Below, piece after piece: positions 1 through 10,631 of a DNA stretch of 32,000 nt. The stretch is from Bacillus subtilis subsp. subtilis str. 168 (GTDB taxonomy: Bacteria > Bacillota > Bacilli > Bacillales > Bacillaceae). The translations under genes were made by a program, and so were the position numbers. Numbering within the stretch: position 1 is the first letter of the stretch; every line of letters starts with the position of its first letter. The stretch covers positions 1,110,001 through 1,142,000 of the forward strand of contig NC_000964.3 of the NCBI RefSeq assembly GCF_000009045.1, given 5' to 3'. Below the pieces are notes generated by a model. That model was given only the letters and a program-made list of their open reading frames with translations. It was not told where the DNA came from and made no database searches.

Positions 1-482
1 CGTTGATGGCTGAGAAGCGCGTACTCATCCTGCATGCTTCTGCTGATGGAATAGCGTGCAGCCGTATATTCTGCCGCAATGCCCATGTCTGGATCGCCGA
101 TCGCATCTGGAGAAAAGCGAGCCCGTTCTGAAAAAGGGGATTGGCTGCTGCTTTCTGAGCCGCCCGCGATATACATCGTGCCGGCTCCCGCTTGAATAAG
201 GCTGCAGGCATAGCGCACAGCTTCAAGGCCGGAGCCGCACTGTCTGTCAATTGTCATTCCGGGAACCGATAAAGGCAGTCCGGCTTGAAGGGCTGACAGT
301 CTGGCCAGGTTGCCGCCTCTGCCAGTAGCGTTTCCGAGAATGACCTCGTCAACTTGATCCTCTAGCTTTCGGCTGAGACAGCGGATGATGGGAGCCGCCA
401 AATCCTCCGGCAGGAAGGGCTTCAGCAGTCCGTTTTGATTTCCAAAGATCGTTCGTTTTGCATCAACAATAACCGCATTCAT
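1..482 (-). CDS. yhfS: Acetyl-CoA C-acetyltransferase (thiolase) family, 3' part cut by the window edge
   Basis: Minus-strand translation MNAVIVDAKRTIFGNQNG...TIDRQCGSGLEAVRYACSLIQAG...; thiolase N-terminus with the catalytic-Cys context. ATG (480-482) overlaps the TGA of yhfT. Not in the ORF track because it runs off the window. Confidence 0.93.
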   Translation of the reverse strand, partial: MNAVIVDAKRTIFGNQNGLLKPFLPEDLAAPIIRCLSRKLEDQVDEVILGNATGRGGNLARLSALQAGLPLSVPGMTIDRQCGSGLEAVRYACSLIQAGAGTMYIAGGSESSSQSPFSERARFSPDAIGDPDMGIAAEYTAARYSISRSMQDEYALLSHQ

Positions 483-1918
483 TTATACTGTACACTCTCT
501 TCCAGCCATTTTTTCACTCTGGAACGGGCAATTTTTCCGCTGCTCGTTTCCGGCAAGCTGTCTGCAAACACCCATTTTTTCGGAATTTTATAGGAGGCTA
601 ATTTCTGTTTACACCAGGCTTTCAGTGTTCTGGCATTAGCGTTTCCAAGAATGACAGCTACAGCGATTTCTCCCCAATACTCGTCGGGAATGCCAACGAC
701 AGCCGCGCTTTCAACCTCTGGGCAGGCGAGAAGCACACGTTCAATTTCTTCTGGGAAAATATTTAATCCTCCGTACACGATCATCCCGTTTTCTCTTCCT
801 GATATGTATAGAAAGCCCTCTTCATCAACGTAGCCCATATCATCTACTGTCATCCATTCATCTGGTGTGCTGCCGTTCACATAGCCGGAAAACCTCATCG
901 GGCTTTTGACAAATATTTTTCCGATTTCTCCTGGCTGGCAGCGTTCTCCTCCAGCGTTGCGGATTTCGATCCGGACATTATGAAAAGGGCGGCCCGCTGA
1001 ATGCGGCTTCCGTTTGCTGTCTTCCGGTGAAGAAAACGTCACAAAACTAAGCTCTGATGTGCCGTAAAAATCGTACAGCTTGAGATGAGGCCATGCAGCG
1101 GCAAGCTTCTTCTTGGATTCTGCCGGCCAGTCTGCGCCGGATGAAATGATTTTGACGGGACTGTCGGGAAAACCCTCAATCCTTGCGAGGGCGTCTGTCA
1201 TCGTCGGTACGGTATAGAGAACACTGATGGATTCACGGCACAGCCATTCCTTCGCTTTGGCAGGAGAAAACTTTTTCAGCAAACAAACGGTTCCTCCGAG
1301 AAACAAAGTGCTGACAGCCCCATATAGGAAGTGAGAGGACATTAACGCTCCGGGAATCAGAACCTTATCATCTGATGAAATCGAAAAATCTGTTTCTGTA
1401 CAGGTAAAGCTCTCCATCCATGAGCGGTGAGATCGCGTAAAGGCCTTCGGTTTTCCTGTCGAGCCCGACGTAAATCCCATATAAAAAGGGTGCTCCGGAT
1501 CAATGGTAGGCAAGGGATCAGCGGCTGCCTCAGAAATATCTGCCATACAGTTATCCAGCAATACAACAGGTGTCTGGCTATCTGTCAGTTTGTTTTTGAA
1601 AAAGGCTAAAGTAACCACAAGATCCGCATTGCTTATGGACAGCCGCTCCTTACATTCAGCCGGGCTCCAGCGTGTGTCGATGGGAATGGCCGTACATCCA
1701 GCCGCTGCGGCTCCGGCAAACAGCTGTAAAAACGCGAGACTATTTGGGAGCAGGATCGCCACACGATTCGGCATGCTCGGCTGTGACCGCAGCCAATTTG
1801 CGGTTTGAGAGACAAGCCGATCCCAATCATGGTACGTGATTTGCTCCGATTCAGTCTGGATCGCTACACGGCCGGGCGATGTTTCGGCAGTAGATGAATA
1901 GGTATGAGTAATTGTCAT
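479..1918 (-). CDS. yhfT: AMP-forming acyl-CoA synthetase/ligase
   Basis: 479 aa ORF with AMP-binding signature YMGFTSGSTGKPKAFTRSH, YDFYGTSE and the C-terminal GKIAR motif. Confidence 0.95.
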   Translation of the reverse strand: MTITHTYSSTAETSPGRVAIQTESEQITYHDWDRLVSQTANWLRSQPSMPNRVAILLPNSLAFLQLFAGAAAAGCTAIPIDTRWSPAECKERLSISNADLVVTLAFFKNKLTDSQTPVVLLDNCMADISEAAADPLPTIDPEHPFYMGFTSGSTGKPKAFTRSHRSWMESFTCTETDFSISSDDKVLIPGALMSSHFLYGAVSTLFLGGTVCLLKKFSPAKAKEWLCRESISVLYTVPTMTDALARIEGFPDSPVKIISSGADWPAESKKKLAAAWPHLKLYDFYGTSELSFVTFSSPEDSKRKPHSAGRPFHNVRIEIRNAGGERCQPGEIGKIFVKSPMRFSGYVNGSTPDEWMTVDDMGYVDEEGFLYISGRENGMIVYGGLNIFPEEIERVLLACPEVESAAVVGIPDEYWGEIAVAVILGNANARTLKAWCKQKLASYKIPKKWVFADSLPETSSGKIARSRVKKWLEESVQYK

Positions 1919-1924
1919 GTATTG

Positions 1925-2485
1925 TCATCCTCCTTTTGTAAACATCGTATCAGAAAGAGACAAGGCTTGAGTGATTTTTATCGCCAGAAATGCAGATACA
2001 GCCGCTTTTATCAAATCACCAGGCACATATGCAAGGCTCATGAAGGCGGCCTGTGACAAATCAATATGCATGATAAAAGCTTGTACCGGTATACCAAGCA
2101 GATAAATAAAGATGATGCCGAATACGATATGAGTGAAAAAGAGACGCAATACTGTCACCTTCCGCAGCCTGTTAGCGGCTAAACTGATCAGCCATGAAGC
2201 GAGGGGATAAGCAATCAAAAAGCCTGCGCTCGGTCCGAAAAACACACCAAAACCGCCTCGTCCGCCGGGCAACAGCGGCGCTCCGAAGGCGACGAGCAGC
2301 AAAAAGACAAGCTGGCTTAAGAAAGCAGACTTTGGCCTGAGAATGCTGCCTGCCAACATGACACCAAGCGTTTGCAATGTAATCGGAACGGGTGTAAAGG
2401 ATAAGAAGAGAGGGGGCATAAAGCCGAGCACTGCCATCAGCGCGGTGAAAATCGCAATATGCATCATGTCGATTAATTTCAGCAT
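1925..2485 (-). CDS. bioY (yhfU): BioY-family biotin transporter (ECF substrate-binding component)
   Basis: 186 aa membrane protein with PVPITLQTLGVMLAG and LPGGRGGFGVFFGPSAGFLIAYPL (BioY motifs); SD GGAGG; preceded by a BirA-like operator. Confidence 0.95.
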   Translation of the reverse strand: MLKLIDMMHIAIFTALMAVLGFMPPLFLSFTPVPITLQTLGVMLAGSILRPKSAFLSQLVFLLLVAFGAPLLPGGRGGFGVFFGPSAGFLIAYPLASWLISLAANRLRKVTVLRLFFTHIVFGIIFIYLLGIPVQAFIMHIDLSQAAFMSLAYVPGDLIKAAVSAFLAIKITQALSLSDTMFTKGG

Positions 2486-2520
2486 GTGAAATCCTCCAAA
2501 AAGTAATCAAATATGGTTAT

Positions 2521-2549
2521 ACAATAAATGCAGGTAATTATTATGTCAA
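2521..2549 (-). promoter_or_regulatory. Putative SigA promoter for the bioY-yhfT-yhfS operon
   Basis: Minus strand TTGACA (2544-2549), 17 nt spacer, TATTGT (2521-2526); the -35 lies within the BirA-like half-site. Confidence 0.6.
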
Positions 2550-2575
2550 CTGATTTTTAATTTAAGTTTACATAA
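2541..2575. promoter_or_regulatory. BirA-type biotin operator
   Basis: TTATGTCAAC - 15 nt - GTTTACATAA; 9/10 arm complementarity, matching the wide-spaced Bacillus BirA operator architecture, upstream of bioY. Confidence 0.75.
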
Positions 2576-2583
2576 TGAACGCA

Positions 2584-2618
2584 AAAAAACCGGCCGTATG
2601 GCAGACCGGTTTTTGATG
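2584..2618 (-). terminator. Rho-independent terminator of hemAT
   Basis: AAAAACCGG...CCGGTTTTT hairpin directly after the hemAT stop; oligo-T on the minus strand. Confidence 0.6.
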
Positions 2619-2619
2619 G

Positions 2620-4056
<1,437 letters not shown>

Positions 4057-5586
4057 TTAATCGAGATCTATTTGTTTTAATGGTTTAATGGCCGGACCCT
4101 CTACAACTTCGCCAGATGGCTTAAAGCGTGATCCGTGGCACGGACAATCCCACGTATGCTCACTGTCGTTCCACTCGACCTCGCAGCCTAAATGGGTACA
4201 AGTCGTATCAACGAGATGGAGGCAGCCTGTCTCATCACGAAATGCTCCCGCTCGCCTGCCGTTTATGGTGACGGCTTTCCCTTCTCCTGGCGAAATGTCT
4301 TCAAATTGGACATCAGGCTTTTCAAGCTTTCCTTTTATCAAATGCTTGGCGACATCTGCATTGTAGGAAATCACTTTCTGCAACCCGGGATTCAGATGGA
4401 AACGGGACGGCGTGAAAATGCTTTCGTATGGGTTTTCTTTTTTCTCCACAAGGTCTGACAATAAAGTGGCTGCGACTGCTGAGGACGTCATGCCCCATTT
4501 TTTGAACCCGGTCGCTACTAGAATATTGTCCTCATTTTCCGACATCGGCCCGATAAACGGGATTTTGTCGATCGTCACTAGATCTTGGGTGGACCAATAA
4601 TATGGAATGCTTTCGATGCCGATGGTGCTTTCGGCCAGTTGTCTCAGTGTTTCATAATGTGTAGACATGGCTTTTCCCTGGCCTGTTTTATGGCTTACTC
4701 CGCTGAAGAGAATCAGCTTTTCACCGTTTACAACCGTATAGCGGAGCGCCACTGACGGCTGATCGATACTCAAATACATGCCCTCGGGATACTCGATCTT
4801 CGGCTTGATGGCAAGGACATAAGATCTGTCGGAGTACATTCTCGCAGCATATAATCCGCCTCCGTCATAAAAAGGGAAGTGGGAACAGCATATGATAAAG
4901 CGGCTCTTAATGGCGTGCCGGCTTTTTGTTACCACTTCGGGCCTTTCGCCTTTTTTGATATCAAGCGCAACGGTCTCTTCATAAATTCGGCCGCCTTTTT
5001 GAACAATTTGCTCCAGAAGCGCTTTTAAGTATTGAAGCGGATGAAATTGAGCTTGATTCTTCATGACAAGCGCCAGCTTAGAACCTAAGGGAATTGGAAG
5101 ATCCTTGATAAGGTCTCTTTCAATTCCGAGCTTTGTGTATGCCTCATGCTCGGTGTGGATTTTTTGAACAGCGTTTTCATTTGCCGTATAAAGATATGCG
5201 TCTTGCTCGATCCATTCACAATCAATTTGATGTTCATCCACAATGCCTTTTATGTAATCAATTGCGTTTTGGTTTGCTTCATAATAAAGCCTCGCATGGT
5301 TTAATCCGAAATGGCGGATAAATTCGTCGTATATCATGTCATGCTGTGCGGTAACTTTAGCAGTTGTATGCGCAGTGGTTCCGTTAAGAACCTGATTTGC
5401 TTCAATCAAAACGACACGGAAGCCTCTCTTCGTAAGTTCATATGCCGTTGTGATTCCCGTAATCCCGCCTCCGATAATGGTGACGTCACATTCAGTGTCC
5501 TCTTGAAGCGCAGGAAAAGAAGGCAGGTCAGTTGATGTTTTCCAGTATGTTTCAGGTGCTTCCTTTGCAAAATGTTGATTAGCCAA
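4057..5586 (-). CDS. yhfW: FAD-dependent DAO-family oxidoreductase with C-terminal Rieske [2Fe-2S] domain
   Basis: N-terminal DVTIIGGGITGITTAYELTKRGFRVVLIEA and C-terminal Rieske motifs CTHLGCEVEWN...CPCHGSRF. TTG start with GGAGG SD gives 509 aa. Confidence 0.93.
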   Translation of the reverse strand: MANQHFAKEAPETYWKTSTDLPSFPALQEDTECDVTIIGGGITGITTAYELTKRGFRVVLIEANQVLNGTTAHTTAKVTAQHDMIYDEFIRHFGLNHARLYYEANQNAIDYIKGIVDEHQIDCEWIEQDAYLYTANENAVQKIHTEHEAYTKLGIERDLIKDLPIPLGSKLALVMKNQAQFHPLQYLKALLEQIVQKGGRIYEETVALDIKKGERPEVVTKSRHAIKSRFIICCSHFPFYDGGGLYAARMYSDRSYVLAIKPKIEYPEGMYLSIDQPSVALRYTVVNGEKLILFSGVSHKTGQGKAMSTHYETLRQLAESTIGIESIPYYWSTQDLVTIDKIPFIGPMSENEDNILVATGFKKWGMTSSAVAATLLSDLVEKKENPYESIFTPSRFHLNPGLQKVISYNADVAKHLIKGKLEKPDVQFEDISPGEGKAVTINGRRAGAFRDETGCLHLVDTTCTHLGCEVEWNDSEHTWDCPCHGSRFKPSGEVVEGPAIKPLKQIDLD

Positions 5587-5697
5587 GCCGTTATACCTCC
5601 AATCAGATTTATTCTTAATTTTTCCATATTCTATCTTTTCATACATAGGAAGCAGGCATTGTTCATAACATAATAAGGTTGAAAAGGAGTGATTTCA

Positions 5698-6555
5698 TTG
5701 GCGAATCAAAAAAAGAAAACATTACCGCCTCAGCACCAGAACCAGCAGCCTGGTTTTGAATATCTGATGGACCCGCGTCCGGTTTTTGATAAGCCGAAGA
5801 AAGCGAAAAAATTAGAGGGCAAAACCGCTATTATTACTGGAGGAGACAGCGGGATTGGACGCGCTGTCTCGGTGTTATTCGCAAAAGAAGGGGCTAATGT
5901 GGTCATTGTGTATTTGAATGAACATCAGGACGCCGAGGAAACAAAGCAGTATGTAGAAAAGGAAGGGGTAAAATGCCTGCTGATTGCAGGAGATGTCGGG
6001 GATGAAGCGTTTTGCAATGATGTGGTCGGGCAGGCAAGCCAAGTGTTTCCATCCATTGATATATTGGTTAACAATGCAGCTGAGCAGCATGTCCAGCCCA
6101 GCATTGAAAAAATCACCAGCCACCAGCTGATCAGAACCTTCCAAACAAACATTTTTTCCATGTTTTACTTAACAAAGGCAGTGCTGCCTCATTTAAAAAA
6201 AGGGAGCTCTATTATTAATACCGCTTCAATTACCGCCTATAAAGGCAATAAAACGCTGATCGATTATTCAGCGACAAAAGGCGCGATCGTTACGTTTACA
6301 AGGTCCCTTTCCCAGTCGCTTGTTCAGCAGGGCATACGGGTCAATGCAGTGGCACCGGGTCCCATTTGGACACCGCTTATCCCGGCCAGCTTTGCCGCAA
6401 AAGACGTGGAAGTGTTTGGTTCAGACGTGCCGATGGAACGCCCGGGGCAGCCGGTCGAAGTGGCGCCAAGCTATCTATACCTTGCCAGCGACGATTCCAC
6501 ATACGTCACAGGGCAGACGATTCACGTCAATGGCGGAACAATTGTGAACGGATAA
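5698..6555 (+). CDS. yhxC: Short-chain dehydrogenase/reductase
   Basis: TGGDSGIGR cofactor motif, NNAA, YSATKG catalytic motif. TTG start with AAAGGAG SD gives 285 aa. Confidence 0.93.
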   Translation: MANQKKKTLPPQHQNQQPGFEYLMDPRPVFDKPKKAKKLEGKTAIITGGDSGIGRAVSVLFAKEGANVVIVYLNEHQDAEETKQYVEKEGVKCLLIAGDVGDEAFCNDVVGQASQVFPSIDILVNNAAEQHVQPSIEKITSHQLIRTFQTNIFSMFYLTKAVLPHLKKGSSIINTASITAYKGNKTLIDYSATKGAIVTFTRSLSQSLVQQGIRVNAVAPGPIWTPLIPASFAAKDVEVFGSDVPMERPGQPVEVAPSYLYLASDDSTYVTGQTIHVNGGTIVNG

Positions 6556-6559
6556 TAAA

Positions 6560-6584
6560 AAGCCAATCCTTGAAGGATTGGCTT
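6560..6584. terminator. Bidirectional hairpin terminator between yhxC and yhzC
   Basis: AAGCCAATCCT-TGA-AGGATTGGCTT, perfect 11-bp stem; T-rich tail on the minus strand (TTTTTATT). Confidence 0.65.
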
Positions 6585-6816
6585 ATTCGCTCTGCTTGAG
6601 CGCTGCATATTCTTTAGAGAGCGTAAGAAACGCATCTTTATCTTTTTCGTCCAAGGCTTTGTTAATTTGGTCCGTCAGCATGGCAAGCCGACGGTTATAC
6701 AAGGATTCATCGAGCACCATTTGAATGTAAATATCCGTCATTGTGACATCGAATTCTTTTGTTTTTTGCGTGTTGCGGGACTTCATGAGCTCAGTGTACG
6801 ATTTTTTCTCTTTCAT
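6583..6816 (-). CDS. yhzC: Small IDEAL-domain protein
   Basis: 77 aa from the internal ATG (MKEKKSYTELMK...); IDEAL-like helix MVLDESLYNRRLAMLTDQINKALDEKD. Confidence 0.85.
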   Translation of the reverse strand: MKEKKSYTELMKSRNTQKTKEFDVTMTDIYIQMVLDESLYNRRLAMLTDQINKALDEKDKDAFLTLSKEYAALKQSE

Positions 6817-6961
6817 AAAGAATCCCCCCAATGCCTTTTTTATAGTATATGGATAACGGTCGAAAAAATCAATAAATTTTTATAATTTTTAGACAACTAA
6901 TACTTGGCAATCTATCGACATATCCTGCAAAATGCCGTAAACCGGCAAGTCTTATGAAAGT

Positions 6962-7018
6962 AAAATCGGTTTATTACTAGTCATTTAGTACCATTAAATA
7001 TCATTAAAAGATGATTTT
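6962..7018. promoter_or_regulatory. ComK K-box pair in the comK promoter region
   Basis: AAAA-TCGGT-TTAT (6962-6974, one mismatch) and perfect AAAA-GATGA-TTTT (7006-7018), separated by 31 bp, the spacing known for comK autoactivation. Confidence 0.75.
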
Positions 7019-7108
7019 ATCTTAAATGTTAAAAAAACCTGTCGTTTTACAAAAACAGATGATAGATTATTAGTATAAATTTTGCAGAAAAAGGATGGAG
7101 GCCATAAT

Positions 7109-7687
7109 ATGAGTCAGAAAACAGACGCACCTTTAGAATCGTATGAAGTGAACGGCGCAACAATTGCCGTGCTGCCAGAAGAAATAGACGGCAAAATCTG
7201 TTCCAAAATTATTGAAAAAGATTGCGTGTTTTATGTAAACATGAAGCCGCTGCAAATTGTCGACAGAAGCTGCCGATTTTTTGGATCAAGCTATGCGGGA
7301 AGAAAAGCAGGAACTTATGAAGTGACAAAAATTTCACACAAGCCGCCGATCATGGTGGACCCTTCGAACCAAATCTTTTTATTCCCTACACTTTCTTCGA
7401 CAAGACCCCAATGCGGCTGGATTTCCCATGTGCATGTAAAAGAATTCAAAGCGACTGAATTCGACGATACGGAAGTGACGTTTTCCAATGGGAAAACGAT
7501 GGAGCTGCCGATCTCTTATAATTCGTTCGAGAACCAGGTATACCGAACAGCGTGGCTCAGAACCAAATTCCAAGACAGAATCGACCACCGCGTGCCGAAA
7601 AGACAGGAATTTATGCTGTACCCGAAAGAAGAGCGGACGAAGATGATTTATGATTTTATTTTGCGTGAGCTCGGGGAACGGTATTAG
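7109..7687 (+). CDS. comK: Competence transcription factor ComK
   Basis: 192 aa MSQKTDAPLESYEVNGATIAVLPEEIDGKICSKIIEKD...; recognised as ComK; GGAGG SD upstream. Confidence 0.98.
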   Translation: MSQKTDAPLESYEVNGATIAVLPEEIDGKICSKIIEKDCVFYVNMKPLQIVDRSCRFFGSSYAGRKAGTYEVTKISHKPPIMVDPSNQIFLFPTLSSTRPQCGWISHVHVKEFKATEFDDTEVTFSNGKTMELPISYNSFENQVYRTAWLRTKFQDRIDHRVPKRQEFMLYPKEERTKMIYDFILRELGERY

Positions 7688-7696
7688 AAAAATAGG

Positions 7697-7725
7697 AAGG
7701 AGCTGACCGAACAGGGCAGCTCCTT
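7697..7725. terminator. Hairpin terminator between convergent comK and yhxD
   Basis: AAGGAGCTG - 11 nt - CAGCTCCTT 9-bp stem in the convergent intergenic region. Confidence 0.45.
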
Positions 7726-7733
7726 TCATAAAG

Positions 7734-8633
7734 CTATGCCGTCGGAATTCCTCCGGTGATGCCATATACCTGAGATGTCACATAGCTTGAATTCTCTGAA
7801 GCTAGAAATACATAAACATCGGCCAATTCCACTGGCTGCCCAGCGCGATTTAATGGAGCTGGCGGCGTGCCTTGTCCGAATTTCGGGATGTTTTCCGTCG
7901 GCTGTCCGCCGGAAATTTGCAGCGGTGTCCAAATTGGTCCGGGCGCAACTGAATTTACTCTGATGCCTTTGGAAGCAAGCTGTTTTCCCAGTCCGACGGT
8001 AAAGCCGATAATGGCGTTTTTCGTTGCTGCGTAATCTAACAGCATCGGGCTTGGATTATAGCCTTCAACTGAGGTAGTTGTGATAATTGAAGCTCCCTCC
8101 GGCAAATACGGAAGCGCCGCTTTTACAACCCAGTAAAGGGAAAAGACGTTCACTTCAAATGTTTTATAGATTTGTTCAGTAGGCAGATCTTCGATGTTTT
8201 CGACCGCTTGCTGTTTGCCTGCAACGAGCGCTAGCACATCAAGTCCGCCGAGTTCGTGATGCGACTGTTTGACTAGATCTTGGCAAAAGGATTCGTCGCT
8301 CAAGTCTCCGGGGATCAGCACTGCTTTTCGGCCTTCTGCTTCAATCAGCTCTTTTACCTCTTCAGCATCTGGCTGTTCCTCGGGCAAGTAGTTAATAGCC
8401 ACATCGGCACCTTCTCTGGCGTAAGCAATTGCGGCAGCGCGGCCGATACCGGAATCGCCGCCCGTGACAAGCGCTTTTCGACCCGTTAGTTTACCTGATC
8501 CTTTGTAGCTTTTTTCTCCGCAATCAGGGACAGGCTTCATGTTCTTTTGCAGGCCTGGCGGTTCTTGATATTGTTCGGGAAATTCATCATGAAAAAATGC
8601 TTTTATAGGATTCGTAAGATTTGAATCAGACAT
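7734..8633 (-). CDS. yhxD: Short-chain dehydrogenase/reductase, paralogue of YhxC
   Basis: [17 protein letters not shown] and GGIPTA C-terminus; internal ATG with AAGGAG SD gives 299 aa. Confidence 0.93.
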   Translation of the reverse strand: MSDSNLTNPIKAFFHDEFPEQYQEPPGLQKNMKPVPDCGEKSYKGSGKLTGRKALVTGGDSGIGRAAAIAYAREGADVAINYLPEEQPDAEEVKELIEAEGRKAVLIPGDLSDESFCQDLVKQSHHELGGLDVLALVAGKQQAVENIEDLPTEQIYKTFEVNVFSLYWVVKAALPYLPEGASIITTTSVEGYNPSPMLLDYAATKNAIIGFTVGLGKQLASKGIRVNSVAPGPIWTPLQISGGQPTENIPKFGQGTPPAPLNRAGQPVELADVYVFLASENSSYVTSQVYGITGGIPTA

Positions 8634-8672
8634 CAGCAACGCTCCTTTTCTGTTTGGTGTACATTCGTATGT

Positions 8673-8698
8673 GTACCCCTGAGCATAAGCAGAAAAAC
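8673..8698 (-). promoter_or_regulatory. Putative SigB-type promoter for yhxD
   Basis: Minus strand GTTTTT - 14 nt - GGGTAC, close to the SigB consensus GTTTAA-N12-14-GGGTAT. Confidence 0.55.
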
Positions 8699-8849
8699 AT
8701 GTTTTGGCAGTTTGAATAGTGAAGGAAAAAGAAAACAAGAAAAAACAAAGCCTTCTTCCATATTTATCTTGTCAAATAAGACTATATGAATTATGATAAA
8801 TTCGAGCTATAAATCAACTAAATATTGGGTGTTGGGAGAGTGAATCGTC

Positions 8850-9119
8850 ATGAAAAAAGCGGCGGCGGTTTTGCTGTCACTCGGTCTCGTTTTCGGTTTT
8901 TCATACGGAGCTGGCCATGTGGCGGAAGCCAAAACAAAGGTGAAGGTCTATAAGAACTGCAAGGAGCTAAACAAAGTATACAAAGGCGGAGTGGCCCGCA
9001 CATCGAAGGTGAAAAACAAAGGCGGAAAAACGAAGTACAAGCCTTACGTTTCTAAGGCACTTTACGATGCCAATAAAAACAAAGACCGCGATAAAGATCT
9101 TATCGCCTGTGAACGGTAA
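8850..9119 (+). CDS. yhjA: Secreted small excalibur-like calcium-binding protein
   Basis: 89 aa; signal peptide MKKAAAVLLSLGLVFGFSYGAGHVAEA; C-terminal DANKNKDRDKDLIACE matches the excalibur motif. Confidence 0.85.
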   Translation: MKKAAAVLLSLGLVFGFSYGAGHVAEAKTKVKVYKNCKELNKVYKGGVARTSKVKNKGGKTKYKPYVSKALYDANKNKDRDKDLIACER

Positions 9120-9124
9120 ATAAG

Positions 9125-9155
9125 AAAAAGCAATCTGGTGTCCAGATTGCTTTTT
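9125..9155. terminator. Bidirectional Rho-independent terminator between yhjA and yhjB
   Basis: AAAAAGCAATCTGG-TGT-CCAGATTGCTTTTT, perfect 14-bp stem. Confidence 0.9.
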
Positions 9156-9161
9156 TTATGC

Positions 9162-10631
9162 TTAGGCCGCCTGATCGGCCGCAGCGCTTTTCGCCTTCCT
9201 TGTCATAAGGCTGACTGCCATCATGACCGTGATATTCAAAAGCAGGGCGACGATGCCGACATTCAAGTCTTTTGCGGCTTGCGGCAGAGCCGGAAATAAA
9301 GTGCCGATCGTCGTTTCCGTCATTGTAATATAAGTAACTGCTCCGACACCTGCAATAATGCCGGCGAAAGCTCCTTGCTTTGTCACCATATTATGCTTGA
9401 GCAGGCTGAACAAAAGGGCGGGGAATAGCTGTGTGACAAGGCTGTAGCCCATCAAAAGCAGCGTAACGATGGTATTCCCGCCTTTGAAGGTAAAATACAC
9501 CGAAATCAGCGCAATCACCGGCACTAAAAACTTAGCAAGCGCCGATACTTGCTGTTCTGTCGTGCGGGGCGCGATTACCTTGTACACATTTTTTGCAAAC
9601 AGTGTGGAGGCGGACATTAAGATCATAGACCCTGGCACAAGTGCTGTCAGCAGTCCGGCAGCACCGATAATTCCGACAAACCAAGGGTCAAATGCTTGCA
9701 GAGACAGTCTCAAAAGCGACAAATCCCCGTCTGCGCCATTCAGATCTGGAACTTGCAGGATAGCCGCAAAGCCGACGAAAAGGACGAAGAGCAGGACCAG
9801 CTGGTACAAAGGCATGATGATGGCGTTTTTACGAAACACTTTTGGGTTTTCGGCTGAATACGAAGCGGAAAACGTGTGAGGCCACATGTAAAAACCAAGC
9901 GCTGTCAAGAGTACGGTTGAACTGAACCAGGCCACACTTTGTCCCGATTCGGGGAGCGTAAGAAAGCCAGGCTTTGCCGTTTCAATCTGCTGAAACATGT
10001 CTTGAAATCCGCCGTAGTAATGAATTGGCAAATACACACCTAAAAACAGAACGACAACCAGAATCATGATGTCCTTCACAACCGATATCCAGGCAGACCC
10101 GTGAATGCCTGAAACCATAACATAAACCGTGATGGAAACAGCGCCGATCCAGATGGCAGCGGTCGGGGTGATTTTGCCGTACGAGGTTTCCGATACAATC
10201 AGCCCGAGGCCTTTCAGCTGCAGTACAAGATAGGGAATGAGTGCGGCGATGCCGACCAGTGAAACGAGAATGCCAAGCAGCGGACTGTTGTATTTTTTTG
10301 TGAAAAAATCAGACTGCGACATCAGTTTATGCTGTTTCGCGTACGTCCAAACTGCTGGAAGAAGCCAGTAAGAAAGGATGTAGGCCAGACATCCGTAGGC
10401 GATGATATAAAAGGCTGGACCGCCTTTTCCGTAGGCCCAGCCGCTGCCGCCGAGAAACGTAAAAGTAGTATAAATTTCGCCTGCCATCAAAAGGAAGACG
10501 AAAACAGTTCCGAAGCCGCGCCCTCCGACCGTCCACTGCTCCAGGTTCATGTCTTTTCCTTTTTGGGCGCGTATACCGAGAAAAATACTCAAGAGCAGGA
10601 CACCGAAGATGATGATGAGAGCTGCATTCAT
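9162..10631 (-). CDS. yhjB: Sodium:solute symporter family transporter
   Basis: 489 aa multi-TM protein with SSSF features (GGRGFGTVFVFLLMAGEIYTTFTFLGGSGWAYGKG; ALVPGSMILMSASTLFAKNVYK). Confidence 0.9.
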   Translation of the reverse strand: MNAALIIIFGVLLLSIFLGIRAQKGKDMNLEQWTVGGRGFGTVFVFLLMAGEIYTTFTFLGGSGWAYGKGGPAFYIIAYGCLAYILSYWLLPAVWTYAKQHKLMSQSDFFTKKYNSPLLGILVSLVGIAALIPYLVLQLKGLGLIVSETSYGKITPTAAIWIGAVSITVYVMVSGIHGSAWISVVKDIMILVVVLFLGVYLPIHYYGGFQDMFQQIETAKPGFLTLPESGQSVAWFSSTVLLTALGFYMWPHTFSASYSAENPKVFRKNAIIMPLYQLVLLFVLFVGFAAILQVPDLNGADGDLSLLRLSLQAFDPWFVGIIGAAGLLTALVPGSMILMSASTLFAKNVYKVIAPRTTEQQVSALAKFLVPVIALISVYFTFKGGNTIVTLLLMGYSLVTQLFPALLFSLLKHNMVTKQGAFAGIIAGVGAVTYITMTETTIGTLFPALPQAAKDLNVGIVALLLNITVMMAVSLMTRKAKSAAADQAA

